A program made the position numbers and the translations under genes. Below, piece by piece: positions 49,458-59,157 of a stretch of 64,000 bases of DNA. The notes beneath the pieces were generated by a model that had not been told where the DNA came from, made no database searches, and saw only the letters and a program-made list of their open reading frames with translations. How positions within the stretch are numbered: position 1 is the first letter of the stretch; every line of letters begins with the position of its first letter. The stretch comes from a virus. The stretch lies in the IMG/VR virus record IMGVR_UViG_3300042341_001047. One strand, 5' to 3'.

Positions 49458-50243
49458 TTATTGCTCTTTAATTAGATCGATGTTTGAGTCTTTCTCAGTA
49501 TCAGTAAATGTAGAAAACTTTTGAATAGATGGGGTTTCTATATCAGCTAAAACTTCTTTTTGATTAATAGGGAATTTACTTTTAATTTTATTCAAAATAC
49601 TAACTATACCATGTTTTGCAATTATAGTACCTATACCAATTGCTAAACCTAAAAAGTTCTGACAAAGTGTTTCTAAATTCAATTCATATTTACCTATTAT
49701 TGATAAAACACCATTCATGACAGGTATCAATAAAGATGTATAAGCAAACATATCAATTATTCCATCAGCGATAGTACCTAGATGTTTACCTATAACTGAG
49801 AATATATTTTTTATTGATTCTAAACTCTTTATCATTTTTTTAACAAGGCCGTTTCCAATTCCCATCATTTTTAATTCTTCCAACATAGATTGAGAATCTT
49901 TTGTAAGTAAGGCTTCTTCTTCTGGTGTTTTGAATCTTTTTTCTTCTAAATATGCTATTGTTACAGAAGAAATTGTTAATAAAACAACAGATTCTGGAGT
50001 TATTTCGATTGAGGATATACCCATATTTCTTATAAGACTATCAACTATAGGATAAAGAGCTCCGATACCAGCTCCAAATGTAGCGATTAATCTAGTATTT
50101 AATTTTAAGTCAGCAACTACTTTCCTTTGCACTTTTTTATAGTTGGTCTCATCAGACTCTAATAACATTTTATCAAAAGAATTAATAAAATTAAAAGCCA
50201 TCGATTCAGTTGAATCATACTCTTCAAATCTTTGAATTTTCAT
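49458..50243 (-). CDS. Membrane protein with CTS-like N-terminus
   Basis: MKIQRFEEY; several hydrophobic segments. Confidence 0.6.
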   Translation of the reverse strand: MKIQRFEEYDSTESMAFNFINSFDKMLLESDETNYKKVQRKVVADLKLNTRLIATFGAGIGALYPIVDSLIRNMGISSIEITPESVVLLTISSVTIAYLEEKRFKTPEEEALLTKDSQSMLEELKMMGIGNGLVKKMIKSLESIKNIFSVIGKHLGTIADGIIDMFAYTSLLIPVMNGVLSIIGKYELNLETLCQNFLGLAIGIGTIIAKHGIVSILNKIKSKFPINQKEVLADIETPSIQKFSTFTDTEKDSNIDLIKEQ

Positions 50244-50398
50244 AAAGTATATATTATTTATTAATCCTCATTTTTCATAACAAAGGTTCTCTTTTAGTGT
50301 TAGATTCTAAAATAATTTAGAATTTTCATAACTATATCTAAAAAGCATAAAAATGAGTTTATTTATTTAATATATAAAACATAAAAATAATATTTAAA

Positions 50399-50887
50399 AT
50401 GAGATATCTAAAAACTTTTGAAAACTTTGATCTAGGACCTAGATTCACTGATGATAGCGTTGAAACCGACGAACAAGATTGGTTGACAAGAGCTAAACAA
50501 ATAGAAAATGAAGAAGAGTCTGAAGAAGAGTCCGAAGAAGATTATGAAGATTGTGAAGAATGCGATGATGAAGAGACAAATTCATTGGAATCTAAACCTA
50601 GAGTTTGGGGTGATGAAGTTGTTGAAAAGAAAAAGGTAAATGCTGGATTTCAAGCTTATTTAGATAAACAAAAAGCTAAAAAAGGAGATAAAAAAGAAGA
50701 AAAAGGTGGTAAAAAAGCTAAACCTGATTTTTTAGATTTAGATAAAGATGGTGATAAAAAAGAACCAATGAAGAAAGCGGCTAAAGATGCTAAAGAAGAT
50801 GACAAAGGTGGTAAAAAAGGTTTAACGGCTGGACAAAAGAAATTACCAGAAGCAATGCAAAAAGCTATTTTGAAAAAACAAAAATAA
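50399..50887 (+). CDS. Acidic/basic bipartite protein with EF-hand-like KPDFLDLDKDGDKKEPM motif, CTS-like N-terminus
   Basis: MRYLKTFENF; DxDxDG loop. Confidence 0.65.
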   Translation: MRYLKTFENFDLGPRFTDDSVETDEQDWLTRAKQIENEEESEEESEEDYEDCEECDDEETNSLESKPRVWGDEVVEKKKVNAGFQAYLDKQKAKKGDKKEEKGGKKAKPDFLDLDKDGDKKEPMKKAAKDAKEDDKGGKKGLTAGQKKLPEAMQKAILKKQK

Positions 50888-50904
50888 TTAAAAAGCTATA
50901 TAAC

Positions 50905-50934
50905 AAAAAACCCACTCAATTGAGTGGGTTTTTT
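50905..50934. terminator. Bidirectional terminator (ACCCACT family)
   Basis: AAAAAACCCACTCAATTGAGTGGGTTTTTT palindrome. Confidence 0.85.
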
Positions 50935-52601
50935 TATGCTTCTATTTTAATATTTATTCTCTTAATAGCATCTTGAATCCAATCCGGTAAAAAGTGCGAA
51001 CTATGTTTAATAACATCACCAAATGAACCATCAATTATAATAGTATCTGCATAATCTAAACTTGAACGAACAGGTCTACCAGTCATCTGAACTATACCAG
51101 AAACCGTTTTCCAAGAATACCATTCAGGATTATTCTTTTGTCTCAATTTATTCTTTTGAGAACCTAAACTAGGATATGGAACTTTAGCAATTATTTGAAA
51201 TCTAGCATCATCATTATCAAATGAAACACCAGTATCCATTGAAGGACTAACAATAACCGTTGGTTTATCAGACTCTTTGTGCATTTTTAAGACTTCATCT
51301 TTGTTAGTTGAATCATGAAAAATTAATCTTGGATCTTTTATCGATTGTTCAATCCATTTAGCTAATTCAAATGAGTTAGTATGTATGATACCTTTTTTAT
51401 TCTTATACTTATCTAATAGTTTCTTTATATAAGGAATGTATCTTTTAAATGTTTCTTCTTTAGATTTATAAGACATCTTACCAATAGGCATATAATAAAT
51501 AGGTCTATTCTTAACATTGAAAGGAGAAGCAATTGAATAATATACCGCTTTAGTAACATCTAATCCATTTAATTGGCAAAATAAATTCTTATCTAAAATA
51601 GTACCAGACATAAGAATAACCATATCATAATTAGCAAAGACATATTTATCTAAATAGTCATAAGCCCAAATAGGTTCTAATGATAATTCTTTTTGTTTTA
51701 ACTTTTCATTATAATATGTTTCTAATACCCAATTATTAGGATTATCTTTATACTCTTTCAGGAAGATTTCTATTTTCAATTGTAGTTGTCTAAGATCAGT
51801 AGCGAGTTGCATAGTCTTAACATCTGAATTTTTACCACCAATAACTTTATTGATTTTCAAATCTCTTTTATCTTGTCTAACATTTCTCGGAGCAGAAGAC
51901 ATACCCTTCTCCATTGATTCAATAGTTGTTAAAACCTCTCCGTTTAGATATCTTAGAAAGTCAACATACTGAGAAATAGAAGTAACTCCTTTGAGTTGTT
52001 TCATTATTGAATACTCATCACTAAACTTAAATCTTTTAATCATATTCTCAGTTATCTTAATAGTAATGAAGTCAGACATCACATCATCAAAGTCATGACA
52101 CTCATCAACTATCAAAACTCTAGCATCTCTATTCTCCATCAATTTAGGATTATAGATAGAATAAAGAATGTATAAATAGAAATTAGTAAGAGAAATACCA
52201 CCACTTATAAAAGACTCTCTTGAATAAGAATAAGGACAAGATTCACAAGTTGTTTTATTTAATCTATTGAACTCAGCACCTTGAGAACAAGAACAAGAAT
52301 ATTGCTCACACTCATAGTTTTCTTTACCTTTTAAGTCCGAGATAGACTCATATTCATTTGAGTATTGATCTTGTAGAATTTTACTATTAGTTATGATATC
52401 AACTTTAGCAGTTCTATTAACATTTTTTTTATACCAATCGGCAACCATAAGAGCTAAATGTGACTTTCCACTTCCAACTGGAAGATTAAGTAGAAAAAAC
52501 TTATTAAGTTTATTTTTATTATACTCGGTTTCGATGAAATTAAGAGCTTCTTTTTGCTCTTTTCTGGGCTTATATTTAGCCAAATCGTTTTTTAGTGACA
52601 T
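50934..52601 (-). CDS. DinG/Rad3-like SF2 helicase
   Basis: Q motif PRKEQ, PVGSGKS, KGKENYEC plus Cys cluster, DECH, MSGT, KVPYP, QMTGRPVR..D. Confidence 0.9.
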   Translation of the reverse strand: MSLKNDLAKYKPRKEQKEALNFIETEYNKNKLNKFFLLNLPVGSGKSHLALMVADWYKKNVNRTAKVDIITNSKILQDQYSNEYESISDLKGKENYECEQYSCSCSQGAEFNRLNKTTCESCPYSYSRESFISGGISLTNFYLYILYSIYNPKLMENRDARVLIVDECHDFDDVMSDFITIKITENMIKRFKFSDEYSIMKQLKGVTSISQYVDFLRYLNGEVLTTIESMEKGMSSAPRNVRQDKRDLKINKVIGGKNSDVKTMQLATDLRQLQLKIEIFLKEYKDNPNNWVLETYYNEKLKQKELSLEPIWAYDYLDKYVFANYDMVILMSGTILDKNLFCQLNGLDVTKAVYYSIASPFNVKNRPIYYMPIGKMSYKSKEETFKRYIPYIKKLLDKYKNKKGIIHTNSFELAKWIEQSIKDPRLIFHDSTNKDEVLKMHKESDKPTVIVSPSMDTGVSFDNDDARFQIIAKVPYPSLGSQKNKLRQKNNPEWYSWKTVSGIVQMTGRPVRSSLDYADTIIIDGSFGDVIKHSSHFLPDWIQDAIKRINIKIEA

Positions 52602-52710
52602 GAAAATTAGAAAATTTATAAAAATTATATCATTTTTTTCTATTTAGTTTAAGAAATAGGTTTTTTTGAGGTTTTTTATAAATATATAAGAAAAATACAC
52701 CTCTTTTATT

Positions 52711-52893
52711 ATGCTTTACATGGATTACGATGAGTTTAATATCTATACCACAATTGAAGATGTCGAAAGCTATGTAGAAATTCTTTTTTCTCAAGGATTT
52801 GAGTTGAAAGATGAGATATATAGTAAGTGTTTAAGTTACTTTGGAAATGACTTCAAACATTTAATAGACAGATTCTTTTATGACGAAGATTAA
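52711..52893 (+). CDS. Small hypothetical protein
   Basis: ORF track, overlaps next gene. Confidence 0.5.
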   Translation: MLYMDYDEFNIYTTIEDVESYVEILFSQGFELKDEIYSKCLSYFGNDFKHLIDRFFYDED

Positions 52894-53527
52894 AAACTAC
52901 AATGAATATATAAATCAAAATGTTCTTTACATATTTGATTTTGACGACACGCTTGTTAATACACCAAGCTACGAGGAACTCGCTATCCAATTTTTAAAAG
53001 AAGACGTAACAATAAAAGATTTATTAAATCAATCGGTTAATAGAATAGGCGTTACATTAAATGATCTAAAGTGGCAAGACGGAAGAATCTATGTAATGGA
53101 TATCAATAAACAACTAAAAGAATTTGGCAACTGGGTAAGAAAAGGTGACAGAATGTATATGTTGTCTCCAAATTTATTTCACACATCTGATATAAGTTTA
53201 CCAAGTACATTAAAAAGTCTTTCTAAGTTATACAAATCAGTTGATAATAAATGTATAGTAACAGCTAGAGAGGAATCCATAAGAGATAAAATAACAAATA
53301 AATTATTAGAACTTGGACTAGAAATTCCTAAATATGGTTTACATATGGCACCAGTTGGTACTAAAAATGCAGGACATTGGAAAGGTGAGAAGATAGTTGA
53401 AATACTAAAAGAAACAGGATTCCAAAAAGCTATCTTCTATGATGATAATTCTAAATATATTAGAAAAGCAACTAAAGTAGTAAGAGAAAAGATGCCAAAT
53501 ATACAATTTGAACCAGTTAAGGTTTAA
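52880..53527 (+). CDS. HAD phosphatase (Swiss-Army-Knife RNA-repair HAD-like) with CTS-like N-terminus
   Basis: FDFDDTLVNTP, IVTAR, K, FYDD; MTKIKNYNEYIN. Confidence 0.7.
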   Translation: MTKIKNYNEYINQNVLYIFDFDDTLVNTPSYEELAIQFLKEDVTIKDLLNQSVNRIGVTLNDLKWQDGRIYVMDINKQLKEFGNWVRKGDRMYMLSPNLFHTSDISLPSTLKSLSKLYKSVDNKCIVTAREESIRDKITNKLLELGLEIPKYGLHMAPVGTKNAGHWKGEKIVEILKETGFQKAIFYDDNSKYIRKATKVVREKMPNIQFEPVKV

Positions 53528-55053
53528 TATACTTCAGCTTCTAATCTTTTAATTTCATCCATTACTTCTTTTAACTCTTCTTTCTTATCCATCATCACTT
53601 TCTTAGCTTTCTTTCTATCAGCATAAACATCTTCCAACATAATCAACGTAGGTGACTTTCTTTTCTCAAATACAACACCATTGACACATAAAACATGTTG
53701 AGATAAATCTATAGGTCTTCCATTCGTACATTTAGATTTATCTTTCTCATCTTGAACTCCGACAAATGTTTCAGGAGCAATAAAGAATTGTCTTTGAGTA
53801 GTCGGATAAAGAGAAGCAAAGTCATAAGTAACACACCACTGATTCATACCAACCACCGGATCCTTAACCCAACCACCAGCAATTGTAGATTCAGCATCTC
53901 CTTTCTCATCTCTAAAAAGAACAATGTTTTCCATATCACGGAATTTGTTTCTTAAAACTCCTTCTGTAATAGCCAATGAGCCTAAAGCGTTATTCATTTG
54001 AGAGACAACATCAACAATTCTAATTTGAGCTAATGAAGAAATCGCATAAATAATTGAAATATAGTTACGAGCGTCGTGTATCTTCTGAACTAGAACACTA
54101 TCGACAGCGTTATAATACATAAAGGTTTCAAAGTCATCTTCATATAACTTTTGTAATGAACCGTTATACTTAATCTTTTCAACCCCAACTAACTTATTAG
54201 AAACGAAATCTAAAGATGATGATTCTTTTACTTTAATAGAAGTATCACAAATTTCATATAATTGCATATAATCGAAAATCATTCTATGAGCTGGTACCTC
54301 AAACTCAGTAGACCAAATCTTATTCATCTTTTTAGTTAAAGAAGAAACAGCTGGATCAATTTTATATTCTTTACCATTTACCCATTTAGAAATCTTTCTT
54401 GATCGGTTTACTAAATACAACCAGTCATATTGAAGGAAGTTCCATCCTGTTAGAATAGGCATCTTAGGAATCATCTTATAGAAGAAAGCATATAACATAT
54501 CAAATTCATCTTCATATTTGATATACTTGAATTTATAATCAGCTCCGAATTTTTCAAAATACTTGTTAGTATTATCCTTGATTCGTTGTTGCATATCTTC
54601 TGGCATTTCTTTAAGACCTAAAAGAATAATTTTGTCGTCATAAACAATAGATATAGATAGAACTTGAGTTGAAGCTCCTTCTTTTGTTACATTACCATTA
54701 ACGTCTTTAATATCAGCCGCTTCTGGGAAACCGTCAACGATTTCTGTTTCAATATCTATAAAGTAAATATTAGGTAAGTTAAACTCAAATATCTCATTCT
54801 TCTCAGATTCTGGAAGTGAGTCTAGGAACTCATAAATAGCATATCTATCTGGATGATTTACTTCTATCTGTTTAACGGATTTACCATCCCAAGATTTGAA
54901 TTCTGGATGTTTTTGAGGATCGTTATCTTCACAAGCCACATATTTCATTGGATCTTCCCAATTGTAATATTTTAGTTTTATATCACCAGACTTATCAACA
55001 TAACTTACTACTAGTTTTTTACTATTTGTTAGGTATTGTGTTTCTACGAGCAT
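53524..55053 (-). CDS. Family B DNA polymerase, N-terminal half (exonuclease plus motif A) of a split enzyme
   Basis: DIETE, GWNFLQYD, YNAVD, GGWV, YDFASLYP; stops after RKKAKK, lacking motifs B and C. Confidence 0.88.
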   Translation of the reverse strand: MLVETQYLTNSKKLVVSYVDKSGDIKLKYYNWEDPMKYVACEDNDPQKHPEFKSWDGKSVKQIEVNHPDRYAIYEFLDSLPESEKNEIFEFNLPNIYFIDIETEIVDGFPEAADIKDVNGNVTKEGASTQVLSISIVYDDKIILLGLKEMPEDMQQRIKDNTNKYFEKFGADYKFKYIKYEDEFDMLYAFFYKMIPKMPILTGWNFLQYDWLYLVNRSRKISKWVNGKEYKIDPAVSSLTKKMNKIWSTEFEVPAHRMIFDYMQLYEICDTSIKVKESSSLDFVSNKLVGVEKIKYNGSLQKLYEDDFETFMYYNAVDSVLVQKIHDARNYISIIYAISSLAQIRIVDVVSQMNNALGSLAITEGVLRNKFRDMENIVLFRDEKGDAESTIAGGWVKDPVVGMNQWCVTYDFASLYPTTQRQFFIAPETFVGVQDEKDKSKCTNGRPIDLSQHVLCVNGVVFEKRKSPTLIMLEDVYADRKKAKKVMMDKKEELKEVMDEIKRLEAEVY

Positions 55054-55123
55054 TTTTTAATTTCGATTTATATTTATAGACAAAAAAATAAAAAAGTTAT
55101 TTTATAAAAATTATTTAATAATA

Positions 55124-55155
55124 TTTGGAGAATTATAAAAGTTGCACTATATTTG
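55124..55155 (+). promoter_or_regulatory. Bacteroidota-type promoter (TTTG-N20-TATATTTG)
   Basis: Perfect -33/-7 consensus. Confidence 0.75.
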
Positions 55156-55189
55156 TATTATATAACAAACATATAAAGCCACTACAAAT

Positions 55190-55570
55190 ATGAAAACTGT
55201 AATACTTAAAGGACAAGAAATTAAAATCGGATCTGAAGTTCGTTTTATTGACGATAGAAATCTTTATTCAGATGTTAAAAATATCATCAAACCTGTTTTA
55301 GGAAATGTATATGTTGTTAGAGGATTCTCTAAAAACGGTGGATTTCTTTTAGAAGGAATTGAAAACCAAATTCACACATTTGCTGATATGAATGGTACAA
55401 TCTTCGATACTTGTGAACCAGGTTTTGGAGTTAACCGATTCGAACCAGCTACACCTCTTAAAAAGAGAAAAATTGTAAGAATTGAAATTCTACCTATGGT
55501 AGAAGAAAGACTTTATGTTCCAACTAAGAAAAAAACTAAAGTCAAAGAAGAAGAATTGGAATTGGCATAA
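55190..55570 (+). CDS. Hypothetical early protein
   Basis: ORF behind host-type promoter, followed by terminator. Confidence 0.65.
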   Translation: MKTVILKGQEIKIGSEVRFIDDRNLYSDVKNIIKPVLGNVYVVRGFSKNGGFLLEGIENQIHTFADMNGTIFDTCEPGFGVNRFEPATPLKKRKIVRIEILPMVEERLYVPTKKKTKVKEEELELA

Positions 55571-55600
55571 AAAAAGGGAAGTTTTTACTTCCCTTTTTTT
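55571..55600. terminator. Bidirectional terminator
   Basis: AAAAAGGGAAGT-tttt-ACTTCCCTTTTT. Confidence 0.8.
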
Positions 55601-55620
55601 ATTTTTATATCTTTTTTAAT

Positions 55621-56631
55621 TTATTTCTTAAAATTTCTCATTTTTTTAGAAGAAACACTTTCTACTGTAGATTTTGTTTGAGTAACATTACCAGAAACCT
55701 CAGCCATATTTGTGTTAAGAACTGCATGTAAGTCAGATGCGTTTATAAGATCTGTAATACTCATATTAAGTGGCTCTAAATAAGCTTTTAACACAGAGGC
55801 TAATCTACTGATACAATTATCAATTGCCTCAGCTTTAGCACCAGTATAACTAGTACTTCCTAAACCAATAGCACCTAATGCAACTAATGAACCACCAGCA
55901 GCAACTTCGTATCCTCCTCTTGGAGCTACAATGTCCCAACTAAAAGATCCGTGACTATATCCACCACCACCGGTAGATAGCCATTTATCAGGAGATTCTG
56001 CTTGAAATCTCATCATTCCAAACATTGCTAAACCAAAACCTAAAAGTAAAAGAGTTGGACCAGCAACAGTTACAGTTTTATCAACAAAATTTAACCATTT
56101 TGATTTTTTTGCTAAATCTTCAAAAATATGCTTAACATGAGCAATTTCTTCAGCAGTTGGTTTATAATCTATATAAGCTTCTTTATATTTACCAGTTCTA
56201 TCTTTATAAGTAACACCATAATAACCAATTGAGTATTCTTTAAAACTTTGAGCGACATACTCAGCACCAACTGGAATATCTCTCATACTACCTCTAAATT
56301 TAATTGAACCCGCTGTTAAAATTGGAAGTCTAGCAATAGCACTTTTCATTATAGAATCCATAGCAGCTGGATTAATTAAATCCTTACCTGTATAATTTTC
56401 TCTAATTTTTTCCTCAGGAAGATTTTGTGTTTCGGATTGAGCTTGTGCAGCTTGAATCATTTTATCTGAGATGTCTGATTTATTAGGATCCATAAGTTCA
56501 GCAGCATCAGCAGCAACGTCTTCAAGAGGCATTTCTTTTCTAGCTATATTTATTAGTTCCTCGGAGGAAACATTAGTTTCATTTTCGTAAACTTTTGAGA
56601 ATCCCTTAAAATTGTTAATTATTCTACTCAT
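55621..56631 (-). CDS. Membrane-hairpin protein with CTS-like ends
   Basis: MSRIINNFKGF..YENE; two hydrophobic Gly-rich segments. Confidence 0.6.
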   Translation of the reverse strand: MSRIINNFKGFSKVYENETNVSSEELINIARKEMPLEDVAADAAELMDPNKSDISDKMIQAAQAQSETQNLPEEKIRENYTGKDLINPAAMDSIMKSAIARLPILTAGSIKFRGSMRDIPVGAEYVAQSFKEYSIGYYGVTYKDRTGKYKEAYIDYKPTAEEIAHVKHIFEDLAKKSKWLNFVDKTVTVAGPTLLLLGFGLAMFGMMRFQAESPDKWLSTGGGGYSHGSFSWDIVAPRGGYEVAAGGSLVALGAIGLGSTSYTGAKAEAIDNCISRLASVLKAYLEPLNMSITDLINASDLHAVLNTNMAEVSGNVTQTKSTVESVSSKKMRNFKK

Positions 56632-56681
56632 TTTTCTGGTTTATTTTTTATTATATATTTTATTTAAAAAGTCATTTTTTA

Positions 56682-57530
56682 TTAATTGAATGACAAATCT
56701 TCTTGTCTTATTTTTTGACCTTGTTCTTTTAATTTTTGAAGATACATTTTCTGAAAAGGAGACTCACCTTGAGTAAAGTCTTGATAATCTTTAACTTTAC
56801 TTTTTGTAAACTCATCCCATCCTGTTATTTTACTGATAAAACTTTTTGGTTTATACCCTGGAACATCTCTAACATCTTTCATAACCTTTATCTCAAGATT
56901 AACTTTCTTCTTAGATGCCCATATAAAAACAATCAGTATAACAATACTACAAACAGCAGTAATAATAGGACCAGCTGTAACACCCAAAGCAACTAAAGCA
57001 CTGGTGATTAGATTTGATAGGACTAATGAAATAGCTGATTTACCAGCAAGAGCTAAAATTTTATTAATACCAAACTTAAGTTTTAGACTTTTATCTTCTA
57101 ATCCATCTTCTGATTTTAATTTTTCTTTATCATCAGAAAAAGACCAACTTTTATCTGTAACAAAGTCTTTTAAACCAACAGAAATTTTGGAATAAAGATT
57201 TTTAACACTCTTAGCGCTCAAGTCAGACCACTCTAAATCTGAGTAATCTTTACTAAAAAGTAAATTTATTATTCTATTTAATTGAATCTTTGACATCTCA
57301 CCGATAGCTTCAAATAATTGAGCAAAATAATCTTTAAATTTTGATAATTTATTTTTTATCCAATCTATAAAAGAAGTAATTTTATCCCAAATAAATTCAC
57401 CAGTATCTGATATCCACTGACCAATATCAGAAATGACATCCTTCATACCTGGTATTGGATCTACCGGTAATGTAAACATATCCAATGTCTCATTTGTTGA
57501 GAAATCTTTATATGTATTTAAATATTCCAT
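56682..57530 (-). CDS. Membrane-hairpin protein, PVDPI paralog family
   Basis: MEYLNTYKDFSTNETLDMFTLPVDPIPG; long hydrophobic hairpin. Confidence 0.7.
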   Translation of the reverse strand: MEYLNTYKDFSTNETLDMFTLPVDPIPGMKDVISDIGQWISDTGEFIWDKITSFIDWIKNKLSKFKDYFAQLFEAIGEMSKIQLNRIINLLFSKDYSDLEWSDLSAKSVKNLYSKISVGLKDFVTDKSWSFSDDKEKLKSEDGLEDKSLKLKFGINKILALAGKSAISLVLSNLITSALVALGVTAGPIITAVCSIVILIVFIWASKKKVNLEIKVMKDVRDVPGYKPKSFISKITGWDEFTKSKVKDYQDFTQGESPFQKMYLQKLKEQGQKIRQEDLSFN

Positions 57531-57571
57531 AGATTATATATTAAAAAAAAAGAGGCTAAAAGCCTCTTTTT

Positions 57572-58051
57572 TTAATAATCACAATCAAAATAATCAAGTA
57601 TTTCGTTTGTTCTACTATTGATAAATATCAATTCATCTCTTTTAACTAACTGATATTCATAGTGATTACCACTTTTGAATAAAGTTCTGATAAATGGAAT
57701 ATCTGTATTTTTATTTACATGTTCTTGGTTAACCATTAAACAAAGAACTTTTTTATCATCTTCTGGATTAAAATTAGTAATCTTCTCTAAATCATCGTGG
57801 TCTTTAGATAAACTTGTTTTATCATAACAAATAAACTTAGTTTCTAATTTCTCACCACTTGGCTTATAAGTCATAAATATATCATCACCTTCTTGAACAT
57901 CACATTCTTCTTTTAGATAAAGTCTAATCCAAATATAAACTTTTTGTTCTTCAATCACTTTCATATCAGGATCAGTATTCTTATCCCAATCTTTAACCTC
58001 TTCAGTATCGATTGTTTTTATTTGTTCAACTAAATTGTCATATCTTCCCAT
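57572..58051 (-). CDS. Hypothetical protein
   Basis: ORF track. Confidence 0.6.
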   Translation of the reverse strand: MGRYDNLVEQIKTIDTEEVKDWDKNTDPDMKVIEEQKVYIWIRLYLKEECDVQEGDDIFMTYKPSGEKLETKFICYDKTSLSKDHDDLEKITNFNPEDDKKVLCLMVNQEHVNKNTDIPFIRTLFKSGNHYEYQLVKRDELIFINSRTNEILDYFDCDY

Positions 58052-58065
58052 TTTTATAATTTTTT

Positions 58066-58275
58066 TTAATTTTGTCCAATATTTTTTAGATATTCCAAAT
58101 AATCTCTTTGAGTTGCCATTTTTGACATACTATCATGTAAAACTTTTATATACTTTTCAGTTGTAATTCTTTTCTTTTTATATAAAGAAGTGTGAAGTTC
58201 AATTGATTTAATAGATTCTCTGATAATTTTAACATTTACCGTTCCGGCTTCTTGCTTTTTACTTTTATTTTCCAT
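58066..58275 (-). CDS. Hypothetical protein
   Basis: ORF track. Confidence 0.5.
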   Translation of the reverse strand: MENKSKKQEAGTVNVKIIRESIKSIELHTSLYKKKRITTEKYIKVLHDSMSKMATQRDYLEYLKNIGQN

Positions 58276-58290
58276 ATTATTATATATTTT

Positions 58291-59157
58291 TTATATACCT
58301 ATTTCTAGTTTAGTTGATAATTTTTTTATACCATCGATATTAAATATCGAAAAGTCATCAATTGTTATATCATAGAAGTTTTTATTAGAAGTCAATTCTA
58401 ATATTGGTTGAATCTCAATTGGATTTCTATTTAATATCTCAGCCAAACCATCAAAATGTCTATCATAGACATGAAGATTCTGAACAAAATGACAAAACTT
58501 ACCTACTTTATAACCTAAATGTGAAGCGACCATCATCTGCAAAGCCACATACTGAATCTTATTTATATATCCAGCCATAATGTAGTCATTACTTCTTTGA
58601 TTCAAAGTCATATCTAAATAAAAGAAATCACCTTCTTGGACATCACTAGTAGTTTTCTTACATCTACTTCTTCTTACAGACCAAATGGTTTCATAAGCAC
58701 AAGGATGTAATCCTTTAGTTTCAGCCATATCCGATTCTTGATACATATTCATTATATGTCTTCTTGAAAACGGATCCTCTTTCAAAGATTTTAATAACTT
58801 ATTCATTAAATCATATCTCTGAACAGTAGCTCCATATCTTTGACCAATAGTATCATCACCAACATTCCATTCATCCCACCAATTAATACCCATTTCTCTA
58901 GCAACTGCTAATGAGTTAGTTTGTTTTTGATAAATCCAAAGTATTTCTTTGATACCTGTTTTAATAGCTGTGTTTCTCAATGTAGTAATTGGAAATTCAC
59001 CTTTTGATAAATCATATTCCTCAAATACTTGTGTTATAAATTTAGAATGTGCTTTTTCACCATCTGCATATTTAGGTCGAGGATCCTCATCCCAAGTACC
59101 ATCACCTTGTGATATTCTATTTAAGTTATCTATGTAATATTTATCAGCCTTAATCAT
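58291..59157 (-). CDS. thyA: Thymidylate synthase
   Basis: ELLW-like EILW, WDEW, SRRH, LHPC, QRSND, N..QY, HVYDRH. Confidence 0.95.
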   Translation of the reverse strand: MIKADKYYIDNLNRISQGDGTWDEDPRPKYADGEKAHSKFITQVFEEYDLSKGEFPITTLRNTAIKTGIKEILWIYQKQTNSLAVAREMGINWWDEWNVGDDTIGQRYGATVQRYDLMNKLLKSLKEDPFSRRHIMNMYQESDMAETKGLHPCAYETIWSVRRSRCKKTTSDVQEGDFFYLDMTLNQRSNDYIMAGYINKIQYVALQMMVASHLGYKVGKFCHFVQNLHVYDRHFDGLAEILNRNPIEIQPILELTSNKNFYDITIDDFSIFNIDGIKKLSTKLEIGI

